Assembly: GCF_035594765.1 (NCBI RefSeq)
Contig: NC_085841.1
Location: 91,683,574-91,747,573, forward strand
DNA length: 64,000 bases
DNA from: Anolis carolinensis
Lineage: Eukaryota
Direction: 5' to 3'
Position 1 is the first letter of the stretch, and each line of letters opens with the position of its first letter. Below are positions 23,280 through 37,819 of the stretch, piece by piece. Under the pieces are notes generated by a model that was not told the DNA's origin, did no database searches, and saw only the letters and a program-made list of their open reading frames with translations. Made by a program: the position numbers and the translations under genes.

Positions 23280-23829
23280 TTGAAGAGACCATGCAGATTC
23301 ATAGGGGGAAATGTGATCACGAAGGTAGGCGGGTCCCATACTATTAAGGGCTTTGTAGGTGATAACCTGCACCTTGAATTGGGACCGGAAAGTGATCGCC
23401 AGCCAATGGAGTTCCTTGAACAGGAGGGTTGACCTCTATCTGTAATTCGCTCTAGTTAGTAATCTGGCTGCGGATCGGTGGAACAGTTGTAGTGTCCAGG
23501 CCGTCTTCAAACACAGCCCCACATAGAGCATGTTGCAATAGTCCAATCTAGACGTAACTAAGGCATGGACCACCATTGTCAAGTCAGACTTCATGAGGTA
23601 CGGTTGTAGCCAGCACATAGGTTTTAACTGTGCAAAAGCCCTCCTGGCCACCGCCGACACCTGAGCATCAATCATCAGGACTGAGTCCAGGAGGACCCCC
23701 AGACTGCGGACCTGTGTCTTCAGGGGGAGTACAACCCTGTCAAGCACAGGTTGCCACCCTATACCCCGATCCGACATGTAACTGACCTGGAGGACCTCTG
23801 TCTTGTCAGGATTAAGCTTCAGCTTCCTT
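23280..23829 (-). mobile_element. L2-clade LINE RT C-terminal fragment
   Basis: Translation VRSLGVLLDS...VVHALVTSRLDYCNMLYVGL, typical of L2 ORF2. Confidence 0.85.
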
Positions 23830-25539
23830 GGAATTTGGTGGAAAATAGTAGAGGTACATAGATGTACCTCTACTGCTGCTACCTCCTGCTACAATGCTAT
23901 AACCATGTCATGTTCACTCCATATCCACAACTGTAAAAAATACAATTGACACTCCTACTGAGATGCTTAAACAACCAGCAACTGTACAGTATGATCTCTG
24001 TATCCATGGAACAGACATAAAAGGTTTCATTTATTCACTGTTTCACTCTTTGAATTGTTCTCAATACCTCCATCATCTGCCCCATTAAAAATAATAAGAT
24101 TTCCTATTGTCCACAGTTTCAAGTATCCACACAAATTTCAGAAAGTCTCCCACAGATATTGGGGTTATACTGAACTTTTAATCTCACAATACAACTTCCT
24201 TCTTTCAAGAATATAAGAGAGAAAATTTGGATCAACAGACTTAATGCCACATCAACAAAATCTACAATCTCTTGATCCTTCTCATACCTAACATCCTGCT
24301 TTGATAAGCATCACTGGCTATGAACCCAAAGGACATCATGATAATGGTCACAATAACTGTGCAAGGTATGCATCATGGCCTTAAACATGCAGTCCATTCC
24401 CAGAATGTATATTACATAATTCTGGCCTCTGTATTTCACATACATTTTCTGGCCAAACAAGATACCCACAAGCATATGCCTGCTGGGCCATGAAGGAGGG
24501 CAGGAAATCCCAGACTAGAGGTCAGGACCTAATATTCTCTTCCTACATAGCTGAGTAAAACTTGAAACAGTACTTAACTTGAGGTTTGGAAATGAAAAAG
24601 AGATTTGGGATTAATTTATAGTAATAGCAAGTTTTCCATGAGGAGAAATGAGGAAGGGTTGGCTGTCGGGAGGAAAGTAGGGCCAACTTCCTTTAGACAC
24701 CCAGCACAACTTTTTCAAAAATCTATGGTATAACTAGTTTCATTTTCATAGAAGAATATCTTCATTATCGCTCAGACTCAATATAACTGTTAGTCTATTT
24801 GGAATATAGTTGCAGAATTTCAGAAAAGAAGTCTTGGCATATGTGGTTTTTATGTATATTAAGACCTTGAAAAGATATTGGTCAACTAAAAGACTTTACC
24901 TCCCATATTTGATAGAACAATCAAGCTCAAATGAAGTTTGACTCTGTCACCTAATTTGACATATACTGGTCATGTTCTCTATTCATCAAGTTGTTATTCT
25001 TTTAAGGCAGGTCTTTTCATATTGCTTCAGTACAGCTCATCAATTACCCCCCTTATATCTTTCAGATTTAACCCCTACCTGACTTTCAGTTTGGTTTTGT
25101 GCTTGCCACTATTACACAATTGGACTGTTGAAATGCAATGCAATGTCCCTGGAAATAAACCCCCATTAAACTCTGTGATACTTCATAAGGATTATGCTGT
25201 GGACATAATTTCTCTGCATGATCTGTGTCAGACTGACCTGCAAGATGTACTAACATCTTCAAGACTGTTCAGGTTTGCAGTTTTTATTTTTAATCTTTCT
25301 TTTCAAAGCCACAGCAGCAAATCAAACTGTGTTCCTGCTTTTTGATACCTAAAAATATCACAAATACGTTTCTGGATAGAGCTTTAGGATACAGTTCAAA
25401 TATTTATGTACGTCACAAGGTAATTTCTTCCACAGCTTTTATAAAAGAACTACTTAAAACAATTTCTAATTTTCTAAAGCATATCTGAAAACATGGCATA
25501 TATGTCAGATCCCAAAATAAAACTGTTATACACTCATCA

Positions 25540-25758
<219 letters not shown>

Positions 25759-25975
25759 CTAGGATAAAAAAGCAACAATGATTTGATTAGAATAATTCAA
25801 GAGAGAGAAAGAAGGAGAGTGTCAGCCTGGAAGAGCAATTCACCAGTTAGTCTTATTTCTTCTATCTTTGGTTTTCTCCTCTTTAATACCATCACTTGAA
25901 ATTCGTTAATGAAGAAAAAAGGGATAAGAGAATGTCTTTGCAAGTTTTAGTCTTTCTGTTTTCTTGAAAATCATA

Positions 25976-26300
25976 GGTAAAGGCTTTCCCCTGACATTAA
26001 GTCTAATCATATCTGACTCTGGGGGTTGGTGCTCATCTCCATTTCTAAGCCGAAGAGCCAGCGTTGTCCGTAGACACCTCCAAGGTCATATGGCCGGCAT
26101 GACTGCTTGGAGCATTGTTAACTTCCTGCCACAGTGGTACCTATTGATCTACTCACATTTGCATGTTTTCAAACTGCTAGGTTGGCAGAAGCTGAGGCTA
26201 ACAGCGGGAGCTTACCCTGCTCCTTGATTCGAACCACTGACTTTTCAGTCAGCAAGTTCAGCAGCTCAGCAGTTTAACCCACTGCACCACTGGGGGCTCT
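25976..26300 (+). mobile_element. Sauria SINE, near full length
   Basis: AGGTAAAGG...GACTCTGGGGGTTGGTGCTCATCTCCATTTCTAAGCCGAAGAGCC...; matches the copy at 61068. Strand is given as read and the consensus orientation may be opposite. Confidence 0.9.
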
Positions 26301-29300
26301 CATAAAAATCATACATGTTTTATAATGATAATCCAATAAGTTGCCCTTATTTAAAACATTTGCATGGAAAATGTTGTGAAGGAATTAATTTAGGAGATAC
26401 TGTATTGTAAATAAAGCAACCATACAATTAACAGCTTTGTCATTTCACTTCACTAATAAGGAATTTTACATTGGGATACCTGCCTAGTTTAGACATTCAA
26501 AGCAGAATATAGTCATTCCTCTCTATTTTCCTTCAAATACAAGTTTTGTTCATCCTGTCTTCTCCTTTCTATTCCAGGGCTTCTGATGCTATGAAATGTA
26601 GCAGGTAGCAGCAAGTGGTGTAATAATTATCAATTACATACATATAAACAGGAAATATTCATGCAATTAGCAGGATGATGAATTGTTTGTAAAACACATA
26701 AATTATAGTACATTTCGCATATCTGGAGGAAACGTTCCCAAACTTCTTGTAGAAATAGAAAACCATGGATAATTGTGAACTCCATTGAAATGAATGACTT
26801 CTGTAAGAGTTACCATAGAAAATTTGTCTCTAGGAATTTTTGAGGTCCTCCAGGATGGCTCTATAGTAACATTCAGCCTACCATGGAACCACTGAAAATT
26901 TCTGTAGAAAACGTATTTTGCCAGGTGTAAGTAGGTGAACCATAGATGAAATCTGATTCACGGCTGTAAGAATTGTATTGTATTGACACAAAATGACCCC
27001 ACATAGTGACTTTAGTATGGGATGATACAAAGTTGCAACCATTTGGCTCTGGCTGCTTTCTTAATCTGGATCAGGCTTCCAGGTCTATAATTTGTATTGA
27101 GAAAATGCTTCAATTGGAGCCAAAGAGATCTAATGTTTGGTCACATGTGTCACAGTGTTTATCTATGAAATGTTGGAGAGTATGCTAGAAAATGTATACC
27201 CCTCCTCCCTTCATTGACTTCTCCATGGTTGACAGTGAATGTCTGAAAAGGAGCTGCATCCACATTTACATGAATGCAGTCACAAAGTTCCATGCGTCTG
27301 TAAATCTCGCCTTATCAAAGCTCACATGAATCTTGTAATTGCATTCATGTTAATGTAATTACAGCTACTTTATAGATGTACTCCAGCAAAATGGGTAGTT
27401 TGGGAAAATAGGAGTGATGTTGGACCTTGCATATACAGCTTCCTCTATGCAACTGCAAAAACGGATGCCTGAACTAAGCTTCAGGTTGAATTTCAACAAG
27501 CATTCCCACTATTCTCAACACCGCAAGCCACTTAATTTCAATTGTATTTTAACCTGGATTTTCAATAGCCTTTCCAAAGGTTCTTAATGAAGATGAATAA
27601 CTATAGTAAAGAATAGAAAGCTGGGGCAATATTGTTTTAGTGATTGTCATATTAAGACACAGGAGAAAGATTACAATAGAATCAGTCTCATTGACTGCAA
27701 TGTTATTTACATTACATTTCAATATGAAAAGTACGCTGGGGTGCACTTGGGAGTGTGGTGAATATTTTTGGGAATGGCATCTATGGAATACAGATGGATC
27801 ATCTCATCCAAATAACATAATGATTCATGTGCAACTCATTTACAAGGACTTAAATTTCAGTTCTGACACTCCATATTGCCATTAACAGTAAACTCTATAA
27901 AGCACCTCATCAAATAATGGGTGAGAGTAGATTGGGAAGCAACCCTATAAAGTATATAACATATAATGGCACAGATAACTGCACTACAGCAGACAATAGT
28001 GAGTAGGTTTTGTAAAACACGTGGCTAATTGCAGTATGGAAGGACTATGCAAATCTAGTAAAACAAGGCTCAGCAGACACTTTCATTTACAACCGTTTGG
28101 AAATGTTTGTATTAAGAAATGCAGTATACAGTTTGGCTTATTTCAGCCTATTCTGATATAAGAATCCAAGAAGCATTACTGATTTAGGGAAATTGAATAT
28201 TTCAACAGGAGGTGCCAAGATTCTCATTAAAGGATTAAAGGTCAGTCGGGGATTTTCAATATGAAACTGCAGATATATGGTGTGTATTTTAGGATTCACT
28301 TCTGTAATTACACCTCCATACATCCTAGTTAGAAATGTCATCCAAACCTAGCCATCACTTTTACAAAAATGAAGGGATTTGGGTTTTGCATGCAAACTTA
28401 GTATAATGGCCCTATTTAAATTATTCACATGAATGGTTGGTTACTCATTGTCAATTTTGTGAGCTGACCAGATCTAGTTCTTGAGGAATAAAACTCTAAT
28501 CTTGAGGAAACATAGAAAAGGAAGCATTTCCCCTTTTTTCTCTAAGGACTTTTTCACACAAGGCTGATAGTGGTATTAGTTGCCATGGGATAATGTCAAC
28601 TTTGGCCACTACTCACTACATGAAGATGGTTTGCATCCCACCCATTCCTGGAGTGCCCCTTTTAATTTGTGACAAAAACTATCAATACATATCAACTGTG
28701 CTGTTTTTCTACAATGGATGTACATGCAAAAAGTTCCTCCCACTGCAGTTCCGCTTCTCAGCTAGTAACACAATGTGAGTGGGCATGATTTTAGAGTACC
28801 AAGACCCAGCCCTCCCTCCCTCCCTTCATACCTTCCTTCTGCTGAAATTGCAAAATTATGGCAAATAAAAACTTAGAAAAGTACACATGTGCAGGGTAGG
28901 GCATGCAGAAGTCAGAAGGTGTCATTATGGTAGTGGTACAGAAAAAAATGCAACCATGGATTACCAAAGCATCCCTACAGCACTAATGAAGAATTGGTTT
29001 GATAAAGATACAAAGCCAGCAATCTTCCATAATTAAAATAGTGTAATTATAGTGGGACAGAAGGCTTGTATGATAAAATCCAGTGCTACCCCTGCTTCTG
29101 AGTAAGCAGAGTATCAAGGGGCTCTTTTTCGATCTTGGACCCAGTCCGTATAATGTGCATCCAAGTTAAATTTGAAAGGCACAACATGGGAACACATTAC
29201 AGCTTTTGAAGGCTACTTATATTTGACCAGTAATTCGATAAGGACTAAGTCCCCTCAAATGGGTTTTATTCATTGTGTCCTTTAAATCCTTTTTAAATTA

Positions 29301-32300
29301 AAATAAAACTAGTAAACAAAATTAATTATTGTAGAGATACTTAATCTCAGGCACTGATATTAATTTTTAAATATATGCATGACATATATACCTAATTCAA
29401 CTAATCCTTTGTCTCTTATGAACAGAGTAAACATTAACAGAATATTTATGGGCAGTTTTCCATTTAAGCACAAACAACATTCTGTTTTCTTCCAGTCACT
29501 GATTTTTCTCTCAACATTGAACTTATAACTAAGCGATATAGATATAATTTCCACTTGATGTATGTTGGTCATATTTGCCATGTTAGATTCTATGGGTACT
29601 ATCAAATGGTTAGAGAATTCTACATACAATATACATAGCATATTCAGAGCATATTTTTGGAATATACATAGAATACTTTTGTATATACTAATTTAAATAT
29701 CTGTAAACATACACAGTACATGTTTTTCTATATATCACAATTAATATTATCTGTATTCATAACACATTACTCATATATGTGAAAACTTTTAACTTTTAAC
29801 TTTTCATTTGCAGTCTGAAGTCATGTTACTTTGGCCCGTCATAAGTGATTTGTCATGTGTGCTACCCAATTGTGTTTTAGACCTTAAAGAAATGGCTGCA
29901 TAATAAAGTATGATGGACCACTGATCAAACTGTTTCCGTTCCTTCTCCTCAAACAAGATTTTAGTGAAGCAGTCATTAAGGAACTTATAATGAAGATTTT
30001 TTTAAGAATTGCTTTCTTTATTTAAATGCTATTATATGGCATGACACAGAGAGAAGCCTACTGCAAGTGGTGTGTTGAAGATTTCTAGACAGCAGCACCT
30101 TATTGACCTTTGACATGCTAGCTATCTACTTTCCTGCCCTTTTGTTTTGTAGAATAACTCTCCTTTCAAGCTACTACATTAGAATTTCCTTTTGAGAAAC
30201 AGTTTTTATAGCAATTAGATGAAGAGTTTAGCTGTATCTGTGTAGAATAAATACAACTAAGTCTGTGGGAATTGTGAACACATGTTTACTTTAGGTGTAC
30301 ATAATGGAGAAAGCAAGAGCTAAAGAGAGAAACTTGGGCATTTTAAAATCAACTGAAACTGTAGAGGATTACTGGGAATTGGGACTGTCCCTGAAATCAG
30401 GATAGCTGGAAGACAGGTTGTTCAATGAGGTGTGTGAATAATAGCTGCTCCTCTGTGTGTGTGAGACAGAGACAGAGATAGAGTCTTCCAGAGGTACAGG
30501 GCAGTGGGCTACTTTTGGTAACTCTATGGTGTTTCTCAGAATAACACTATACAAGCATCTGCACGTTTAATCTTGTTCACTTTGCATTTATATTTTATAT
30601 GTGTGTATATTTTTATAGATTGGTAATGCATACAGTTTATTACTAAGGTTGTGGAGTGGAAATCTGACTGGGACAAAATGAGATAGCTAATAAATACCAC
30701 ATTAGAGTACTATATATGAATGGTTTCCATTGTGTTTACTTTACAAAGGTGAGCTGGTAAAATGACAACTCGATACTAAAGCAACAACCTATCACTTTAA
30801 AAAAGCACTCTGTGATGCAATGTTAATGCCAATACTAAAGGATAATAATAGAATAAATGCAAATAAATATACCGTTTGGAAAGTAAAATTTCTTCAATAT
30901 TTTCATACATCAATATTAGTGGAAGAAGCATGACCTGCTGAGTTTGTGAATGTTGTGCATTGTCCTCATTTCTGACATCCCAGTTTATCCTGTATAATTG
31001 GAAGGGCTATTGTACTCTTCTTTACAAACATTTTGCTGATTTAAACCATAATGCCGAATCACTTCGGGTCTTAATTTAAGAGGTAGCGACACCTCCCTCA
31101 AACTTGGATGTATGCACCAAACTACAACAATGTAAATCCTTTTGGATTTTTACTCTTCAAACAGTTTACCCAAAGGGTCTAAATGATTCGATCTCGTTCT
31201 AATGCTTCTTGTAAGCCCTGATGTATGACCCCTTTAAATATTCTAAACACTTTTTTTACCTGGGATATCTGCTTTAGACAACTCTGTTAGAGTCACATTA
31301 ACAACTTCATTTGGCCCCTTTAAATGATTTACTTTATATAGTAGTTTCTACCTCCTAACCTTTGTGCTTGCTAAGGAATCAAACGATTGTAGAGCACCTC
31401 TGTAGGATAACTTGATGTATTTACATTAATATATCTTATGTCTCATGTGCTTTTTTAATTGGAAATATTTATCATTTGAAATGTTTTCTAGCCACTTATG
31501 TATTTTCCCTGTAGGTCCACTTCATCATTGTATTTTCATACCTTTCCATCTGAGGAATATTTAATTTTGGAGAAGTTGATGTCCATTGCATTCTGTGAAT
31601 TTCATATTTTTCGACTTGAGGAAGACAATATAGTCAAAACTGGTCTAGAAATTGGAAATCCTCTATGTGGAAATCCTCCTTCATGAAGCGGAAGCTCCAT
31701 ATATCAGTATCAGCCGAGAATTATCTGTTTATAGATTTGGGGATTTACAAACTTCTTACAAGAGAGTAAGGACTCTATGCCCTCAAAGAGAAGCCTTCTT
31801 GCAAAGTATATATGGTTACTTATTTGGGATTCTTATTGAATGATTCTCTTTCCAGAAGGCAATCATTGTTATAACACTTTGTGTATACAACGGATTTATG
31901 TCCACTACATATATCTATTACTATTGTGTTGTGAAAAACCATTACTACTGTAATTGATATATTACTGTTTGTAGTGGTCTTGTGTCTTTGTACTTCAGGG
32001 ATTTAGCTATTGTACTCTTCACCAGAAAGATGGGAGCAATATAGGAAAAAATACTTTCAGATCAGAAATGGAGAATAGCAAACTAGTCCTCCACTCTTGG
32101 CTATTTTTCCCCAATTGCACATCTGAGATAAGACCAATTTGTTTTAGAATATGATGGCATCTATGAGGCACCTGACAAATCATAATGTTTGTCAATTTCC
32201 AAAGGGTATGATGAGCTATGAAACCTATGGAAAGGAATTTTTTTAAAAGGAATCATATCATGAATAGAAACTGAACTACATCCAAACGAATAGAAGTTTG

Positions 32301-32585
32301 CCACTGATTTCATCATAAGATGGACAGGACCCCTTGTCAAAACATAAAGATATAATACCAATAAACCAACTAGCAACCAAACAACACATTGCTTGAAGCC
32401 AAACCATTTGTTATATTTAGAAAACTGTTTGAAGACTTGTGACCATTTTAAAAATACAGCTATTTGATTGCAGCAAAGAAACTGGGGGAAATGTGGTACA
32501 ATGGTAATTCAGGAAAGAGCTGTTTCTGGAAGAAGCCATGCCACAACTGAGAAGATTTGAGACTAAAGCAGAATTCATTATATGA

Positions 32586-33191
32586 AACGGCTTCTTAAAC
32601 CTTTTTCACTAGTGATCCCTTTTCTCCCAAGAAATTTGTACATGATACCAGCTATATAGGAATATAAAATAGGTATACAAATCAAAAAGTTGACAATAAA
32701 TCATAAAGAAATTTATTTTAAAAGAATTCCTTGGTATACATATACTATTACCATTTATTAACAATTAAATAAAATTTGCACACTAATGAGATGAAGGTGC
32801 TGATTTATAAAGAATTAAATCTTAACTCAAGAGTTGATCGATATTTTGATTTTATAATCATCAATGCTGAGAACACCACTTTGCATAAATACACAGTACA
32901 AAATGGTAAAAGTATGTTTTGGGGCATTTCAGGAATTTTTGGAAATTCTGTCTGACTCTCAAGCCAAAATTCATTTGACAATTTTTGAGGAAACTCAAAT
33001 TTTAAACCTGTGTCTCTTGATAACTTGGAAATTTTTTCTTGAATTTGTAATGGCAGACAATCAATGTTTTCGATTTCAATTGTGTATGTTTTATGAACCC
33101 AACTTAGTTTTTTCAAATTCTGAAACTCTGTGTCCAGGCACATTTGCAACCCCCACATACAGTTCTACAATCCACAGTTTAAGAAGCTTTG
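32586..33191 (-). mobile_element. hAT (Charlie/Buster-like) internal-deletion derivative retaining the transposase C-terminal dimerisation domain
   Basis: Minus-strand EFWLESQTEFP..ILLPFCTVYLCKVVFSALMIIKSKYRSTL; inverted ends GCTTCTTAAAC / GTTTAAGAAGC; TSD not recognisable. Confidence 0.8.
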
Positions 33192-35292
33192 ACCTGGTAT
33201 TTAGATGCTAGTGTGATCACTTCGCACATAGAAAGGGGGGGGGGGGATATTCATCAAGACCTAGAAAGTAGATACATTACTAATAACCTTCCCTTATTTT
33301 ATTACATGAGCAATGGAGAAGTTTAGCACCATAACTCTAAATACAGAACAGGTTGCTCAGAAACAGGTGCTAAGCAAATGTAATCAACACATCCACAATT
33401 GGCTCCACAGAGCTTCCAACAAAACCATTTGCCATTGTGCCAGGAGCAAAAAAGTCTTTGAACTTGGCAAGTAAGAATGGTCAGAAGCCAGCTATCTGGA
33501 GAAAGACTATATTAGAGTAGTTAAATCGGACTGCCAAAAAATGAAACAAAAAGAAAATCCTGGAATGGGTTTTTGGGAGAGTCTGTTTTATGTAGCTCTT
33601 TCTGAAAGGCAGCAATGACTGGCACAATGTTCAGTAGCATTGTTTCCAAGGGCATTATGTCCTGGAAACATGGTTGAATAGCCAAAACATCCCTTGAAGC
33701 TGCAACAAGTCTTGAAACATAAAACAGAACAACATATAGTGAAATCCTCTAATCTATCACATATATCAAGGTAAGACCATCCCTTCTGAAATGCTTAAAA
33801 ATTCACATACTCCTATGTTGACTGTACTTTTTCTTTTGTTTGATGGCTTGCTTGGGCATGGATTCTAGAGCTAGCAATCTACCTGTTTCAGATGCTTAGT
33901 TACCTGGAAAGTTACCCCTGCAGATGCACAAATAGCATTCTAATGGATGACTTAGTGATTTCCTCTAAAATATGATATGAGCTTGATATGATATGATATC
34001 AGCTTGAGTAAATATCCTATGAAATACTTGTTGATCTTGTGTGTCTTCAAGTCATATCATATAGATAACAAAATGCGTGCAACAGTTATTTCTATAACCA
34101 TAAGTTAAGAGATTTAACCAAACAAGTACAAAAGACTCTCAATTAACTGGGGGATTGGTAGATGCCAGAAAAATGGTTTCTTCTATACCTTAAACCTGGG
34201 ATACTGAGGTACTCTGGAGGGTGGCTACCCAAGCCAGCCAGAACCTGACTGGTGAATGTCACCCAGAAGTAATTTCAGAATTCTTCAAAAACAAGAGAAG
34301 TCCCAGCAGACTTGTAGAGGGCAAAAGGTTATCCCTATCTTCAAGAAGGAGGGGGAAAGGACCCAATTATCATCTACCCAGCCTGACATCAATATCAGGA
34401 AATTTTCTGGAGTACATCATCAAGGAGGCAGTCTGCAATCACTTAGAAAGGAATGCTGTGATTATAAAAAGTCAACATGGATTTCTCAAAAACAAGTCGT
34501 GCCAGACTAATCTTATATCTTTTTCGATAGAGTTACAAGCTTGGTAGATGCAGGAAATGATGTGGATGTAGCGTATCTTGATTTCAGTTAGGCCTTCGAC
34601 AAAGTCCCCCATGACCTTCTTGCAAACAAACTAGACAAATGTGGGATAGGTAATGCTACAATTAAGTGGATCTGTAATTGGTTAAGTGACCAAACCCTAA
34701 GGGTGCTCACCAGTGGTTCCACTTCATCCTGGAAAGAAGTACCGTATACACTTGAGTATAATCTGACATAAATATTAGCCGAGGCACTAATTTTACCATA
34801 AAAACTGGGAAAACTTATTGACTGTTGCACCCCTAGGCTGGGTAGGCACCTCAAAACCACACTGAAGTCGCAGAATATAAGTAAGCAAGCTGTTTATTGA
34901 AGATTATATGCAAGCAACAGAATATTAAAGTTCAGATTTAATAAAAAGGATTTAAATCCACAAGAACAAAGTACTTGATAAATGTGAATCACGAATCTAT
35001 AAAAGTCATTCAAAGAACATAGTCCAAAATGGATATCAAAGTAAGTCCCATGAAAGGTATCACTAATAGTCCAAACAAGAGTTTCAAGGATTAATCCAAG
35101 GCATGAACCAAACTGGAAACACAGGAAAATACACTGGAATGCAGGAACAAGACTCCAAATTTCGTGCAAGGTACAGAGTCCAAGATGGATCACACAACAA
35201 GGGTCTTGATTGGAACACAAGGCAAAGGTCTTGGCTGGAACACAAATCCAAACTAGAAAAACCAACTGGAAACACAGGAAAAAGCAAGGCTG

Positions 35293-36198
35293 TGTGATGA
35301 CTCATGGGCCATGTAGTCCCGTTCCTAGCGCTGTTATGACAGATGAAGAGGAAAACTTAGGTTTTCCACTGTTTCAGCCAGAATTGGAACTTTCCCAGCC
35401 AGAACTGGAGCCCTTGCACCTGCAGGAGATTTGTCTTCCAGAAATCTGCCAAACAAGCCCTGAGTCAAAATCTCCCCCATTTTCGCGCCGTGATTATTAT
35501 AAACAACAGAAAAGCGCTCAGGAGGCTTCTCGCAGGAGCGCTAGGATTGCTGCCAAGCATTCAGCTGATTAAGCCTGTTTCCCATGGGAAACTTTAGGGA
35601 GTCATGCATCTGGACTCAGAGAATGGTTTTCGGTTCTGGTTCCCCAGTGAATTGTTCCTTGGCGGGAAAACGAGACCCTACTTAGGTGTTTTGCCCTCGT
35701 AGGAATCTTGCGGAGTCAATTTGTCAACTACGGGAGTAAGTTGTGTGTGGACTACGCTCCCGTTTCCAGCCTCGCCTTGCTTCCCAGGACCTCGCCTTGT
35801 TTCCCAGGACTTTGCCTTACTCCCCGGACCTCGCCACGAATTTACCACGGATCCTGTTTTTGCTCCTTGTTCTTTGTTGCCTTGAATCAAGCCTTGTGTC
35901 CAAGAATCAAGTTATTTCCTTGCCTTGCCTAAGTTTCATGGACTAAAGGACCTTGTCATCTCCCCTCACTTTGCTTGGCAAAGTGAGTGTTTCGGTTACT
36001 GGATTACAACTTTGGACCTTAATATTTCATATTGGACATTGTTTCTCTGGACTAATTTTGACCTTTCCTGAAAGGTCTACTTCTGAACTATTTCCTACAC
36101 TTGCTTTTATTAACTTTATATATTTCCTCAATAAAGATATTAGATAGATTCTGGCCTCTGTGTATGGTTATTGGTGCTCTGCAGCCTGGGTCGTGACA
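35293..36198 (+). mobile_element. Solo LTR, family A copy 2, 906 bp
   Basis: TGTGATGA...TCGTGACA; perfect TSD GGCTG (35288-35292, 36199-36203). Confidence 0.92.
35297..35572 (+). CDS. Putative 91-aa LTR U3-encoded protein ending in RRSARIAAK (copy 2)
   Basis: Colinear with 18483-18758, no indels, 66 of 91 residues identical by hand count. Confidence 0.55.
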   Translation: MTHGPCSPVPSAVMTDEEENLGFPLFQPELELSQPELEPLHLQEICLPEICQTSPESKSPPFSRRDYYKQQKSAQEASRRSARIAAKHSAD

Positions 36199-37819
36199 GG
36201 CTGGAACTTTAAACAAGATACAAGGCTGCAGAGATACACACAAAGCAAAGATCTTCCTTCTTGAATTAGCAATGTTACCACCTCTGGCTGTGTCAGAGAA
36301 AGCAAGGCTTCTTATGGGAAACTCAAGGTCCCATACCGTGAGAAGGTTGCTCATTAATTTGTTTCAAAAGCAGATGCCTACTCCTCCTAATACACTCCTT
36401 TTCTTTTCTCAACTGAGTTATTGCTCTCCTCCTGTCCCGCTCATTATCCCTCCCCGCTTTATCAGTTCCTACATCCAAACTAGAATGTCCATCTGACACC
36501 TGGAGATCCGACCTCGACTGCTGTGAGGAATGCAATTCAAACTGCCTGCTTGCAACCATTTTGTCTCTGGTCCCAGAATCCACTGGGACAAACTCTGGCT
36601 GCATCTCAGGCCCAAACCCAGAGTCCTCTGGAAAGGCAGGTGGGGGAACAAACTCTGGCTGACAAGGCAGGTGCAGGGACAATCACAGGCTGAAAGGGGC
36701 CAACCTCAGGCTTGCCTGACAGCTCAGATGGAGGCTGGGCTACAACACTGACTCAAGTATAAGCCGGGGATGGGATATGCAGCAGCTACTGGTAAATTTC
36801 AAAAATAAAAATAAAAAAGATAGCAATAAAATTACATTAATTGAAACATCAGTAGGTTAAATGTTTTTGAATATTTACATAAAACTGTAATTTAAGATAA
36901 GACTGTCAAACTCTGATTACCTATATACTTGAGTATAAGCCAACCCGAATATAAGCTGGCCAGGACCCTCACTCGAGTATAAGCCAAGGGGGGCTTTTTC
37001 AGTCCTAAAAAGGACTGAAAAACTCTGCTTATACTTGAGTATATATGGTAATTAATGGAAAGCCACAGGGTTCAGTCCAGGGCCCAGTGCTGTTCACTAT
37101 CTCCATTAATGACTTGGATGAAGGCTTAGACGGTATTCTCATCAAGTGTGTAGATGACACCAAAATAGGAGGGATAGTTAAAACTCCAGATGACAGGATC
37201 AGAATTCAATAATGACCGTAGCAAATTAGAGAGCTGGGCCAAAATTAACAAAATGATTTTCAACAAGGACAAATGTAAGATACTACATTTAGGTAGAAAA
37301 ATGAAATGAAAAATACAGAATTGGTGAATAGTCCATGTGAAAAAGATCTTGAAGTCTTTGTGGACAACAAGTTGAACATGAGCCAACAGTCTGGTGCAGC
37401 AGCTAAAAAAGTCAATGAGATTTCAGGCTGCATCCCTAGATCGAGAGAAGTCATGATGGCTCTCCATTCAGATTTGGTTAGTCCTCACCTGGAATACTGT
37501 GTCCAATTCTGGGCACCACAGTTTAAAAATATATTGACAAGCTGGAAGTTGTGACCCACCTCAAACCCTGAGGAAAGGTGGGTAAGAAATATATTAATAA
37601 TCATAAAGGCAGGTAAGAAATAAAATAAGATATAACAACAACAACAACAACAGTGGTTGCTTTTTTAAAGGAGCTAATACTATACCCCATACTATACCAT
37701 TCCGCAAACTTTGTATTGGCTTAATATTAATATTGAAATACAGTTTTTAAAAGCAAATGAAGATAAATATAAACATAAGTGTATGTAACAGTTTTACAAA
37801 CATAGCTTTCTTGAATATA

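Larger units (their letters stand above)
34823..36747 (-). mobile_element. Solo LTR, family B, split by family A copy 2
   Basis: TGTTGCA...TACAACA termini; TSD TTGAC/CTGAC (4 of 5 match); minus-strand AATAAA at 34893-34898, about 70 bp from its 3' end. Confidence 0.8.
34742..37048. mobile_element. TcMar Tc2-like MITE, split by LTR family B
   Basis: TIRs CCGTATACACTTGAGTATAA / TTATACTTGAGTATATATGG; TA TSD at 34740-41 and 37049-50. Confidence 0.85.
34270..37552 (+). mobile_element. CR1 LINE RT fragment, split at 34741/37049 by nested insertions
   Basis: SQHGFLKNKSCQTNLISF and a degenerate YLDF-x-AFDKVPH before the nest; PQGSV-x-GPVLF, DNKLNMSQQ, PHLEYCVQFWAPQF after it; stops and frameshifts present. 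Confidence 0.9.
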
